A program made the position numbers and the translations under genes. The notes beneath the pieces were generated by a model. That model ran no database searches, had not been told where the DNA came from, and was given only the letters and a program-made list of their open reading frames with translations. A stretch of DNA of 64,000 bases, from contig CAMARK010000002.1 in NCBI GenBank assembly GCA_945860205.1, positions 19,496 to 83,495 of the forward strand. Reading direction: 5' to 3'. Shown in pieces: positions 32,343-41,688 of the stretch (position 1 is its first letter; the number at the start of each line of letters is the position of its first letter). The stretch is from Reyranella massiliensis 521 (GTDB taxonomy: Bacteria; Pseudomonadota; Alphaproteobacteria; Reyranellales; Reyranellaceae).

Positions 32343-34366
32343 GGCGTACGCCGAGGCGGCTGCGGCTGCGGCTGGGTCGGCTGTGCCGGGCGGCCGGGTC
32401 GCTGGCGCAGGTCGGCCGACGGCACGGGCATCTGCGCCCGCAGGCCCGGCCTCAGGCCCTCAACGCGGGGCGCGACGGCGGCGCACGGATTGACGCCCGT
32501 CTGGCGCGCCGCCTGGTTGATCTGCGCCGCGAGGCTCGGGACGACCCCGGCGCCCACGAGCAGCTTAGCGAGATTGGGTTCCAGTGCGGCCGATGTCGGC
32601 CGGCCGCTGCCGCCCTTCAGGCGAAGCGGCGAGGCCAGGGCCGCGTTCTGGATATCGCGCGCCTCGGGCGCGAGAATGAATTCCCATCCTTCGGTGCGCA
32701 GATGCGCGTAGCCACCGCCCACCATGGTGGTGCGCGGCGTGTCGACGACCAGCCGGCGCAGGCTGGCGATGCCGCCGCTCACGTCGAAGCGGCCGGCGAT
32801 GCAATTGAACGGCACGCCGCCGTCGGTGCCGCCCAGCAGGCGCTGCGTTTCCGCCGGCCAGCTCGCGATCTGATCGCGCGGCCACATCCCTTTGGTGATG
32901 GCGATGTCGATCGAGCCACTGGCCGAATTCAATGCGTCGCGCGAGGTTCGTCCGCCGCCGCGCAGACGCAGGTCGATATCGCCAACCGCATCGCGCAAGC
33001 CGATATCGAAGCCAAGGATGCTCGCCAGTTCGCCGAGCGACACGCGGTTGGCCGAAGCGGTGAGCGTCGCCTGCCCGATCCTGCCGGTGGGATCGTAGAC
33101 CAGATCGAAGCCGGCGGAGCCGCCGCCGACGGTCGCAGCGGCGCGAAAGGCGAAACGCTGCTCATTTGAGGTCAGCGTGACGGAGCCGTTCTGCATCTTG
33201 GCTCCGAGGCCCACGACCTCGCCCAGTCGCACGTTCACGGAAACAGCCGAGCGACCAAGCCAGCTCGCCGAGAACGGCAAGATGGGCACGAGCCTCGGCT
33301 GCGCGGGCGACGGCGAGCCGCCGGCCGGCGCCGGCGCGGCGGGCGATCGCAACTCGCTGACGTCGAGCCGGTTGACGTCGGCATTGACCGCGACGGTGGG
33401 CACGCCCTTGCGGTCCGCGCGGAACAGCGCCTCGCCCACGAGTTCGCTCGTCCCCACCTTCAGCGTCGTCACCTCGACCTTGAACCCGTTGCGCTGGGTC
33501 GCCGCCTTGGCGCTCAAGGAGTACGGGCCGCCGTGCGGCACCGGCAGGCGGATGTAAGGTCCGAAGGCCGCCACGTCCGGACCTTCGGACGTGATCTGGA
33601 TGTTCGTGCCCTTGACCCCGACACCTCCCTTGATCGCGATCTTGCCGTCACCAAAACCGCCTTGCAGATCGATGTTGCCCGGCAAGCCCCTGATCCAGCC
33701 ATCGAACGTTCCGGCCGTGCCGGTGAGATTGAACTGACTGGCCTGGGGAGCTCCGAAACGTCCCTCGATCTGCAGCGGTTGGTTCGGCGCCGACGATCGC
33801 AGCGTGCCGTTCGCGATTTCCAGTACAACCGGCGGGCGGCCGGCCCCCTCGGCAATGGTCAGCACCGAGTCCTGCACCTCGATCACGCCGATCCACGGGA
33901 AGGCCGGCGTCGTGCGCAGGCGCAGGGAACGGCTTTCGGCCGGATGCGGCCCCGATCCGTCCGGAGGTGGCAGCATCTCGAGGTTGGCGTCGCCCACCTC
34001 GTTGCGTTCGACCAGGATGTCGGCGCCCTCGAGCAGGATTCGCCCGATCTTGATCTCGCCGAGGAGAAGCGCGATCGGATCGAGGAACAGCGTCAGCTTC
34101 CGCACCCGCGCGAGGTCGGGGCGCGAACCCCACGGGGCGTTGGACAAGGTCACGCCCTCGGCAACCATCGCCGGATACCTGCCGATCTTCACGGTCAGCG
34201 GCACCTTCGCCGCGAGTTCGCGGCCGGTCACCTTGCGGATCTGCTCGGTCAACCGGGCCTGATAGCGGGAAAGATCGCGGGTGGCGCCCCAGATGAGTCC
34301 GCCGATCACGGCCAACGGGATGGCCGCTACGAGAACCCAGGCCAGCCGCCTCCAGGGAATACGCAT
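32339..34366 (-). CDS. AsmA-family protein
   Basis: N-terminal membrane anchor, EQIRKVTGREL, LSNAPWGSRPDLA, C-terminal VPFNCIAGRF...LVVDT...FILAP. Confidence 0.85.
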   Translation of the reverse strand: MRIPWRRLAWVLVAAIPLAVIGGLIWGATRDLSRYQARLTEQIRKVTGRELAAKVPLTVKIGRYPAMVAEGVTLSNAPWGSRPDLARVRKLTLFLDPIALLLGEIKIGRILLEGADILVERNEVGDANLEMLPPPDGSGPHPAESRSLRLRTTPAFPWIGVIEVQDSVLTIAEGAGRPPVVLEIANGTLRSSAPNQPLQIEGRFGAPQASQFNLTGTAGTFDGWIRGLPGNIDLQGGFGDGKIAIKGGVGVKGTNIQITSEGPDVAAFGPYIRLPVPHGGPYSLSAKAATQRNGFKVEVTTLKVGTSELVGEALFRADRKGVPTVAVNADVNRLDVSELRSPAAPAPAGGSPSPAQPRLVPILPFSASWLGRSAVSVNVRLGEVVGLGAKMQNGSVTLTSNEQRFAFRAAATVGGGSAGFDLVYDPTGRIGQATLTASANRVSLGELASILGFDIGLRDAVGDIDLRLRGGGRTSRDALNSASGSIDIAITKGMWPRDQIASWPAETQRLLGGTDGGVPFNCIAGRFDVSGGIASLRRLVVDTPRTTMVGGGYAHLRTEGWEFILAPEARDIQNAALASPLRLKGGSGRPTSAALEPNLAKLLVGAGVVPSLAAQINQAARQTGVNPCAAVAPRVEGLRPGLRAQMPVPSADLRQRPGRPAQPTQPQPQPPRRTP

Positions 34367-34382
34367 GCCGCCCGATTCTCGC

Positions 34383-35390
34383 TCAATCGCCGTCCGTCGA
34401 AAAGCCGAATGCCTCGACGGTGCGACGGAAGTGGGGCGGCGGCTCGGCGGTGACCTTCAGCTCTCCCTTGCCCGAGGGGTGCGGCAGCAGCAGCCGGCGG
34501 GCATGAAGATGCAGACGCCGTGCGTCGGCGACGGCGGCAAGCAGGGCTTCCTCGCCGCCGTACTTGCCGTCACCGAGGATGGGACAGCCGATCGCCGCGC
34601 AGTGGACGCGCAACTGGTGCGTCCGCCCGGTGCGTGGCCACAACGCCAGCAGGGCCGCCCGCTTGGCCAGGCGATCGAGTTCGCGGAAGTGCGTCAGCGC
34701 CTTCTGACCCTCTTCCTTGTCGACCTGCATCATCTCCCGGTCGCGCGCGCCCGGCCGCTTGGCAAGCGGCAGGTCGATGGCGCCTTCGGGCTTGGGCGGC
34801 ACGCCGACCACGACCGCCCAGTACAGCTTTTCGGTCTCCCGGTCGCGAAACGACTCCGCCAGGTGCTTGGCCGCCTGCCCCGTGCGGGCAATCAGCAGGA
34901 GCCCGCTGGTATCCTTGTCGAGGCGATGGACCAGCCGCGGCCGGTCCTCGAAGCCGAAACGCAGCGCATCCAGCATCCCGTCAATGTGCCGCTCCGTGCC
35001 GGTGCCGCCCTGCACCGCCAGTCCCGGCGGCTTGTTGAGGACGATGACGTGATCGTCGCGATGGATCACCAGCGACTGCATCTCGGCGGCGTCCCGGTCG
35101 GAGACGGTCGGAATTTCACGTGGCTTGGGCGGTGGCGCCAAAGTGACGCCAGGCGGCAGGCGGACCAGCTGCCCCGGTTCGACCCTGTCGTTGCCCTCCG
35201 CCCGCTTGCCGTCGACACGGACCTGCCCGGTCCGCAGCAGCTTCTGCAGCGCGCCGTGACTCAAACCCGGGAAATGACGCTGGAACCAGCGGTCCAGCCG
35301 CAGGCCGGCCTCGTCGTCGGATATGGCGCGCGTCTGGACCTGGCCGCGCGGGCCGCCCGGGGACGCCTTGGGGGCGGGGCTGTCACTCAT
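34383..35390 (-). CDS. RluA/RluC-family 23S rRNA pseudouridine synthase
   Basis: S4 domain (RLDRWFQRHF...LRTGQVRVDG), NKPPGLAVQGG, VHRLDKDTSG (catalytic Asp), TGRTHQLRVH; ATG at 35390. Confidence 0.94.
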   Translation of the reverse strand: MSDSPAPKASPGGPRGQVQTRAISDDEAGLRLDRWFQRHFPGLSHGALQKLLRTGQVRVDGKRAEGNDRVEPGQLVRLPPGVTLAPPPKPREIPTVSDRDAAEMQSLVIHRDDHVIVLNKPPGLAVQGGTGTERHIDGMLDALRFGFEDRPRLVHRLDKDTSGLLLIARTGQAAKHLAESFRDRETEKLYWAVVVGVPPKPEGAIDLPLAKRPGARDREMMQVDKEEGQKALTHFRELDRLAKRAALLALWPRTGRTHQLRVHCAAIGCPILGDGKYGGEEALLAAVADARRLHLHARRLLLPHPSGKGELKVTAEPPPHFRRTVEAFGFSTDGD

Positions 35391-35425
35391 GGCGCGCAAC
35401 CTAAGGGACAAGCTAAACAGGGTCC

Positions 35426-36355
35426 ATGGAATCGGTGTCATTCGATACACTGACGTTCGATCACCCGGCGGCCTGCCGGCCGGCGCGGCTGACTGCCAGC
35501 CTGCATCTGCCGATCTCAGCGGAACGACCCTCGCCCTGCATGGTGATCCTGACCAGCAGCGCCGGCGTGCAACGCCACCGCGAGCACTATTATGCCCAGG
35601 TCCTCAATGAGGCCGGCGTGGCGGCGCTGATCGTCGACAGCTTCTCGGGGCGCGGCGTGCGCCGCACGGTGGCCGACCAGACCCTGGTCTCCGGCGCCCA
35701 GATGGAGGGCGATGCCTTCGCAGCCTTGGCCCTGCTGCGCCGCGACTCCCGCATCGACCCGCACCGGATCGGCATCATGGGCGTTTCCAAGGGCGGCGTG
35801 GCGACCCTCAACGCCGCCATCGCCGTCCGCCAGCGCTGGCGCGGCGGCTTTCCCCACTTGTTCGACCTGCATGTGGCGATCTGTCCCGGGGCCACGGCCC
35901 AGCACCGCGATCCGACGACGCACGGCCGGCCGATGTTCTTCATGCTGGCGGCCCGCGACGACTACACCCCGGCCCCGCTCGCCGTCGAATATGCCGAGCG
36001 CATGCGGGCCATGGGCAACGACCGTATCAGAGTGAAGGTTTACGGCAGCGCCCACCACGGCTGGGAATCGATCGGGCCTGTCTTCGATATCAAGGACGCC
36101 GAGAATTGGTCGTGCTGCCGAAACTACATCGAGGACGACGGCACGCACTTCATCCCGGCGGCGGGGCGGGCGATGAGCGAACCCGAGTACCAGGCCTGGG
36201 CGCGGCAGCACTGCGTTACCCGAGGCGCCCGGGCGGGCGGCGGAACGCCGGAGCTGAAGCAGCGGGCAACGGCGGACCTGTTGGGCTTCCTCGCGGCTCA
36301 TGATTTCGCCGCTCCGTGGACGAATCGGAAGTTTCCGGCTATAGAGCGATCGTGA
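35426..36355 (+). CDS. Dienelactone hydrolase-family alpha/beta hydrolase
   Basis: IGIMGVSKGG nucleophile elbow, RDDY Asp, AHHGW His. Confidence 0.85.
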   Translation: MESVSFDTLTFDHPAACRPARLTASLHLPISAERPSPCMVILTSSAGVQRHREHYYAQVLNEAGVAALIVDSFSGRGVRRTVADQTLVSGAQMEGDAFAALALLRRDSRIDPHRIGIMGVSKGGVATLNAAIAVRQRWRGGFPHLFDLHVAICPGATAQHRDPTTHGRPMFFMLAARDDYTPAPLAVEYAERMRAMGNDRIRVKVYGSAHHGWESIGPVFDIKDAENWSCCRNYIEDDGTHFIPAAGRAMSEPEYQAWARQHCVTRGARAGGGTPELKQRATADLLGFLAAHDFAAPWTNRKFPAIERS

Positions 36356-37839
36356 TTCGTCGCCCTTTTCTTGCTGGTTTCCTCGCGTTCGCAGCGTCCG
36401 CTTTCGGCGCCCTTCCCTCCCATGCCAGCGACTCGCTGTGGGTTGGATCACGGGCGGCGAGTGCCCGTACGGCAGCGCTCGTCAGCGCAATCCGCGCCTC
36501 TTCCGACCATGGCCTCGACCCTGCCTGGTACAGCATTGCCGAGATCGAGAAGGCCATGGCGCCAGGCGCCGATCCTGTCGCCGCCGAAGCATCGCTGAGC
36601 GCCGCCTTCGTCGCTTATGCCAGCGACGTCTCGACCGGCAGGGTGCGGGCGAACCGCGTCGACAAGGACATCGATATCCAGCAACGGAAGGTCGACAAGG
36701 CCGACCTCTTGAAAGCCGCCGCCGACGCTTCGGATTTTGCAGCCTGGCTTGCAGCCTTGCCGCCGAAGGGCGACTACCCTGACCTCCAGAAGGCATTGGC
36801 GAAATGGCGCGAGAAGCGCGCCACCGCGGTCTACACGCCGATGGCCGATGGCACGGCGCTGAAGCCGGGCATGATCGACGTCCGCGTACCGATCCTGCGC
36901 AAGCGCCTCGCCGAACTCGACTTCACCGTTCCGCCGGCTGGCACCGTCGCCGACCTGTACGACGAACCTTTGGTCGTGGTGGTCAAGGCGTACCAGGAGA
37001 TGAAGGGGCTCACCGTCGATGGCGTCATCGGCGCGAAGACCGTCCGTTCACTCAACACCACGATCGACGAGCGCATCGAGCAGATCGTCGCCAACCTCGA
37101 GCGTCGCCGCTGGCTGCCGGAAGATCTGGGCGCCCGATACGTCTACGTTAACACCGGCGACTACTCGATGATCTTCGTCAATGAAGGCAAGCTCGCCTTC
37201 CGCAGCCAGGTGATCGTCGGCACGCCCAAGGATCCCACACCGGAGATCCAGTCGGTGATGCGCGGCTTCCAGACCAATCCGTACTGGACCGTGCCGCAAT
37301 CGATTGCCGGCGAGGAGTACCTGCCGATCCTGCGCCGTGACCCCAATGCGCTGGCCGGCAGCGGCTTCAAGATCTTCGCGAGCTGGAGCAACGACGACGA
37401 ACTCGATCCCAACACGGTCGACTGGAGTTCGATCCACCCCAAGGCGTTCCCTTACCGCATCCGGCAGGATTCGGGGGCGTCCAACGCGCTGGGCTACATC
37501 TTCTTCCCATTCGTGAACAAGTACGGAATCTACATGCACGATACGGCGAGCCGCTGGCTGTTCACCGAAGGCAGTCGCAATTTCAGCCACGGTTGCATCC
37601 GCCTGCAGAACCCGCTGGATTTCGTCGAAAAGGTCTTCAACGGCAAGAACGGCTTCAGCAAGGAACGCGTGCAGCAGGTCATCGCCACCGGCCAGCAGGC
37701 CCACTACACTTTCCCCGAATCGATCACCCTCTACGTGACGTATCGGACAGTGACAGCCAGCGCCGAAGGCATGCCGACCTTCCGTGACGACGTGTATGGC
37801 CGCGACCATCGCGTCGTGAAGGCGATGGCGAAGCCCTGA
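36352..37839 (+). CDS. L,D-transpeptidase (YcbB/YkuD family) with peptidoglycan-binding domain
   Basis: GTG 36352 overlapping the upstream stop; twin-Arg-like signal; PG-binding GLTVDGVIGAKT; IYMHDT...RNFSHGCIRL catalytic motif. Confidence 0.92.
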   Translation: MIRRPFLAGFLAFAASAFGALPSHASDSLWVGSRAASARTAALVSAIRASSDHGLDPAWYSIAEIEKAMAPGADPVAAEASLSAAFVAYASDVSTGRVRANRVDKDIDIQQRKVDKADLLKAAADASDFAAWLAALPPKGDYPDLQKALAKWREKRATAVYTPMADGTALKPGMIDVRVPILRKRLAELDFTVPPAGTVADLYDEPLVVVVKAYQEMKGLTVDGVIGAKTVRSLNTTIDERIEQIVANLERRRWLPEDLGARYVYVNTGDYSMIFVNEGKLAFRSQVIVGTPKDPTPEIQSVMRGFQTNPYWTVPQSIAGEEYLPILRRDPNALAGSGFKIFASWSNDDELDPNTVDWSSIHPKAFPYRIRQDSGASNALGYIFFPFVNKYGIYMHDTASRWLFTEGSRNFSHGCIRLQNPLDFVEKVFNGKNGFSKERVQQVIATGQQAHYTFPESITLYVTYRTVTASAEGMPTFRDDVYGRDHRVVKAMAKP

Positions 37840-37842
37840 GGC

Positions 37843-39132
37843 TCAGCGCTTCTTTTCCCTGAGCTTCTTCCAGTATTCCAGGCGCTTCACGATCTCGCGC
37901 TCGAAGCCGCGCTCGACCGGCTGGTAGAACTCCTCGCGCGCCATGCCGTCGGGGAAGTAGTTCTGCCCCGAGAAGCCGTCGGTGGCATTGTGGTCGTACT
38001 CGTAGCCCTTGCCGTAGCCGATTTCCTTCATGAGCTTGGTCGGCGCATTCAGGATGTGCATCGGCGGCGTCAGCGAGCCATGGGTCTTGGCGGCCCGCTT
38101 GGCGGCGCCGAACGCGACATAGGCGGCGTTCGACTTCGGCGCCGTGCCGAGATAGATCACGGCCTGGGCGATGGCGAGTTCGCCCTCGGGGGAGCCCAGG
38201 CGATCGTAGGTGTCCCACGCCGCCAGCGTCTGGGTAAGCGCCTGCGGATCGGCGATGCCGATATCCTCGACGGCAAAGCGGACCAGACGGCGCGCGATAT
38301 ACTTGGGATCCTCGCCGCCATCGAGCATGCGGGCGAACCAGTAGAGCGCGGCGTCGACGTCGGAACCGCGCAGCGACTTGTGCAGCGCGCTGATCAGATT
38401 GTAGTGCGCTTCCTGCGCCTTGTCGTAGAGCGGCGCCCGCTTCTGCAGCAGCGTCGCCAGCCTGGCCGGTGCCAGCGGTCCTTTTTCCTTGAGCTGGGCA
38501 AGCTGCTCGGCGAGGCCAATCAGGTAGCGGCCGTCGCCATCGGCCATGGCGAACAGTGCCTGCCGACCGGTCTCGTCGATCGGGAGCTGGCGGCCGAGCG
38601 CTACTTCGACGCGCGCCAACAGGGTCTCGAGCGCCGCCTCGTCGAGCCGGCGCAGGACCAGCACCTGACAGCGCGACAGGAGCGCGGCATTCAGCTCGAA
38701 GGACGGGTTCTCGGTGGTCGCGCCGATCAGCGTGACCGTGCCGTCCTCGACATAGGGCAGAAAGCCGTCCTGCTGCGCGCGGTTGAAACGGTGGATCTCA
38801 TCGACGAACAGCAGCGTGCCCTTGCCGTCCTTGCGGCGCTGGCGCGCCGCCTCGAAGATCTTGCGCAGATCGGCAACACCGGAGAACACCGCCGACAACG
38901 GCTCGAAATGCAGGTCGGTCGCCTCTGCGAGCAGCCGCGCGATCGTCGTCTTGCCGCAGCCCGGCGGCCCCCACAGGATCAGCGAGCTGAGCTTGCGCGC
39001 CGCCAGCATGCGGCCGAGCGGGCCGTCCGGTCCGAGCAGATGGTCCTGGCCGAGGATCTCGGCAAGCGCGCGCGGCCGCAGGCGTTCAGCGAGCGGCGTC
39101 GGGGCGAGCGAGGCGAAGAGTTCTGCCGGCAC
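37843..39132 (-). CDS. rarA: Replication-associated recombination protein A (RarA/MgsA)
   Basis: PLAERLRP, LWGPPGCGKTT, LFVDEIHRFNRAQQD, IGATTENPSF, ISALHKSLRGSD. Confidence 0.95.
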   Translation of the reverse strand: MPAELFASLAPTPLAERLRPRALAEILGQDHLLGPDGPLGRMLAARKLSSLILWGPPGCGKTTIARLLAEATDLHFEPLSAVFSGVADLRKIFEAARQRRKDGKGTLLFVDEIHRFNRAQQDGFLPYVEDGTVTLIGATTENPSFELNAALLSRCQVLVLRRLDEAALETLLARVEVALGRQLPIDETGRQALFAMADGDGRYLIGLAEQLAQLKEKGPLAPARLATLLQKRAPLYDKAQEAHYNLISALHKSLRGSDVDAALYWFARMLDGGEDPKYIARRLVRFAVEDIGIADPQALTQTLAAWDTYDRLGSPEGELAIAQAVIYLGTAPKSNAAYVAFGAAKRAAKTHGSLTPPMHILNAPTKLMKEIGYGKGYEYDHNATDGFSGQNYFPDGMAREEFYQPVERGFEREIVKRLEYWKKLREKKR

Positions 39133-39166
39133 GATCGAACGCTAGCATGGCCGCCGCGACCACGCC

Positions 39167-40546
39167 TCAGCGGAACTGAACGGTGGATACCATGCCTTCG
39201 CGGCCGATCGAGACACTCGAGATCCCGGCGGCAATACGCTTCTTGAGCTCCTCGACACTCTTCACGTCCTGGCCGTTGGTCGCCAGGATCATGTCGCCCG
39301 GCCGGACGAAGCGGCCGGCATAGGCGCCGGGCTTCACCTCGACGACGGCGACGCCCGGCCGCCATTCGGCGAGGCCCATCTCCTCGGCGACGGCGGGCGA
39401 CATGTTGACCACGGTGGCGCCGGAGAGCGGCTGGCGGCCATCGAGCGCCGAGCGTTCGCGCGCCGGGATCTCAGGCGGAGCCGCCAGCTTCAGATGGATG
39501 GTCACCTCCTTGCCGGCACGGACGACGCGCACCGGCACCGTTTCATCAACCTGGAGCGTGGAAAGCCGGAACCTGAGGCTCGCCTCGTCGTCGATCAGCT
39601 GGTCACGCAACGCCACGATCACATCGTTGCGTTTCAACCCGGCAGCGGCGCCGGGCCCGTCGGCGAAGACCTCCTTGACCACCAGCCCGGCCGGCCGCGC
39701 CAGGCCGAAGCCGGCGGCGAGATCGGGCGTCACGCGCTGCATGCTGGCGCCCAGCCACGGCCGCACGATGCGCCCGCCCTGTTCGCCGAGCGTGACCATG
39801 CGCGCCACGATGTTGGACGGCGTGGCAAAGCCGATGCCGACCGATCCACCGGTCTGCGAATAGATGGCCGTGTTGATGCCGATCAGCCGCCCGTCCAGGC
39901 TCACCAGGGCGCCGCCGGAATTGCCGGGATTGATGGCGGCGTCGGTCTGCAGGAAGAAGTTCGAATCGTTGATGCCGCCGGCGCTGCGCGCGACCGCGGA
40001 GACGATGCCGCTGGTCACGGTCTGGTTCAGCCCGAACGGATTGCCGATCGCCAGCACGACGTCGCCGACCTCAATCGAGTCCGAATCGCGCATCTCGAGA
40101 AAGGGGAACTTCTCGCCGGCCACGTCGATCCGCAGCAGCGCCAGGTCGTAGCGCTCGTCCTGGGTCAGGATCTTGGCCTCGAACTCGCGACGGTCTGCCA
40201 GCACGACCCGGACTTCCTCGGCGCCCTTGACCACGTGGGCGTTGGTGACGATCAGGCCATCCGACTTCACCAGCACGCCCGAACCCAGAGAGTTCTGGAC
40301 GCGTTCGCCCGCCTGCGGCGGCACTGGCATGCCCGGGAAGGGAAATGGCAGCCGGCGGGGCGCACGCGCCGTCGTGGTCGTGTAGATATTTACGACTGCC
40401 GGCGACACCTTCTTGACCAGAGGCGCATAGGAGTAGGCAAGCTCGGTCCGGGAGGTCGGCAGCCCTTGCGCGAGTGCCGCTGGCACCCCGGCCAGCGCCG
40501 CACCACAAGCCACAAGAGCCGCCACCAGAATCGCCCGCTGCATCAT
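39167..40546 (-). CDS. DegP/DegQ (HtrA) periplasmic serine endoprotease
   Basis: GSGV...TNAHV (His), DLALL (Asp), QTDAAINPGNSGG (Ser); two PDZ domains. Confidence 0.94.
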   Translation of the reverse strand: MMQRAILVAALVACGAALAGVPAALAQGLPTSRTELAYSYAPLVKKVSPAVVNIYTTTTARAPRRLPFPFPGMPVPPQAGERVQNSLGSGVLVKSDGLIVTNAHVVKGAEEVRVVLADRREFEAKILTQDERYDLALLRIDVAGEKFPFLEMRDSDSIEVGDVVLAIGNPFGLNQTVTSGIVSAVARSAGGINDSNFFLQTDAAINPGNSGGALVSLDGRLIGINTAIYSQTGGSVGIGFATPSNIVARMVTLGEQGGRIVRPWLGASMQRVTPDLAAGFGLARPAGLVVKEVFADGPGAAAGLKRNDVIVALRDQLIDDEASLRFRLSTLQVDETVPVRVVRAGKEVTIHLKLAAPPEIPARERSALDGRQPLSGATVVNMSPAVAEEMGLAEWRPGVAVVEVKPGAYAGRFVRPGDMILATNGQDVKSVEELKKRIAAGISSVSIGREGMVSTVQFR

Positions 40547-40686
40547 TCACCCGTCTCCGTGTCCGGCCGAGGATTTGCGGTCACTCATATGGCAAATCAA
40601 GGGCCGAATCACCCGGCTGGCACAACCATTGCAGCAGTGGAGGACGTAACGCGCCCAAAACGTGCGCATCTGACTGGGAGTCCTTC

Positions 40687-41688
40687 ATGAAATTGACCCG
40701 CCGCACCGTCCTTGCCGCCTCCGCCGCCACGCTCGGCTCCTCGCTGGCCGCTCCGACGGTCAAGGCAAGCCCGGGCTGGCCGACAAAGGCGCCGATCAAG
40801 CTGATCGCCACCTTCCCGCCGGGCGGCACGGCCGACACGATTTCCCGCATCCTGGCCCCCAAGCTCTCGATCGCGCTTGGCACCCAGGTCATGGTCGAGA
40901 ACCGGCCCGGCGCCGGCGGCACGATCGGCTCGGACCTCGCCGCCAAGGCGGTCCCCGACGGCTACACGCTGGTCATCTCGCATGCCTCGCCCCTGGGCAT
41001 CGCGCCCGGAATCTATCCAAAACTGCCCTACAACGTGGTCACCGACTTCACCCACGTCACCTTGATCGGCCATACGCCCAACGTCCTGATCGTGCCGGGC
41101 GATTCGCCCTACAAGACGCTGGCCGACTACATCGCCGACGCCAAGGCCAAGCCCGACCAGATCGCCTTCGGCAGCTCCGGCATCGGCTCCAACACTCATC
41201 TGATGGGTGAACTGCTGTCCAGCGAGGCCGGTATCAAGTTGAAGCACGTCCCCTACCGCGGCTCGGCGCCGTCGCTGCAGGACATGCTGGCCGGCACCAT
41301 TCCGTCGATGTTCGATCCGATCACCACCAACGTGCCGCACATCAACGCCGGCAAGGTCCGCTTGCTGGCGGTGAGTTCAGCCAAGCGCATCGACATGTAT
41401 CCCAACGCGCCGACCTTCGCCGAGCAGGGCTGCCCCAAGCTCACGACCTCGACCTGGGTCGGCATCTCCGGCCCCAAGGGCATGTCGCCGGACGTCGTGG
41501 CGCGCCTCTATGACGAACTGCAGAAGGCTTACAAGGCGCCGGAGGTCGTGGAGCGCTTCAAGGAAGTGGTGCTGTTGCCCGGCGACAAGCCGATGACGCC
41601 GGCCGAATACACCGCCTTCGTCGGTGACTTCGCCACGCTGTGGGCCGGGGTCAGCAAGAGCGCCGGAATCTCGCTCGAACTGGGCTGA
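40687..41688 (+). CDS. Tripartite tricarboxylate transporter substrate-binding protein (Bug/TctC)
   Basis: ATG 40687, MKLTRRTVL Tat-like signal; FPPGGTAD, VENRPGAGGTIG, FGSSGIGS, HVPYRGSAP. Confidence 0.92.
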   Translation: MKLTRRTVLAASAATLGSSLAAPTVKASPGWPTKAPIKLIATFPPGGTADTISRILAPKLSIALGTQVMVENRPGAGGTIGSDLAAKAVPDGYTLVISHASPLGIAPGIYPKLPYNVVTDFTHVTLIGHTPNVLIVPGDSPYKTLADYIADAKAKPDQIAFGSSGIGSNTHLMGELLSSEAGIKLKHVPYRGSAPSLQDMLAGTIPSMFDPITTNVPHINAGKVRLLAVSSAKRIDMYPNAPTFAEQGCPKLTTSTWVGISGPKGMSPDVVARLYDELQKAYKAPEVVERFKEVVLLPGDKPMTPAEYTAFVGDFATLWAGVSKSAGISLELG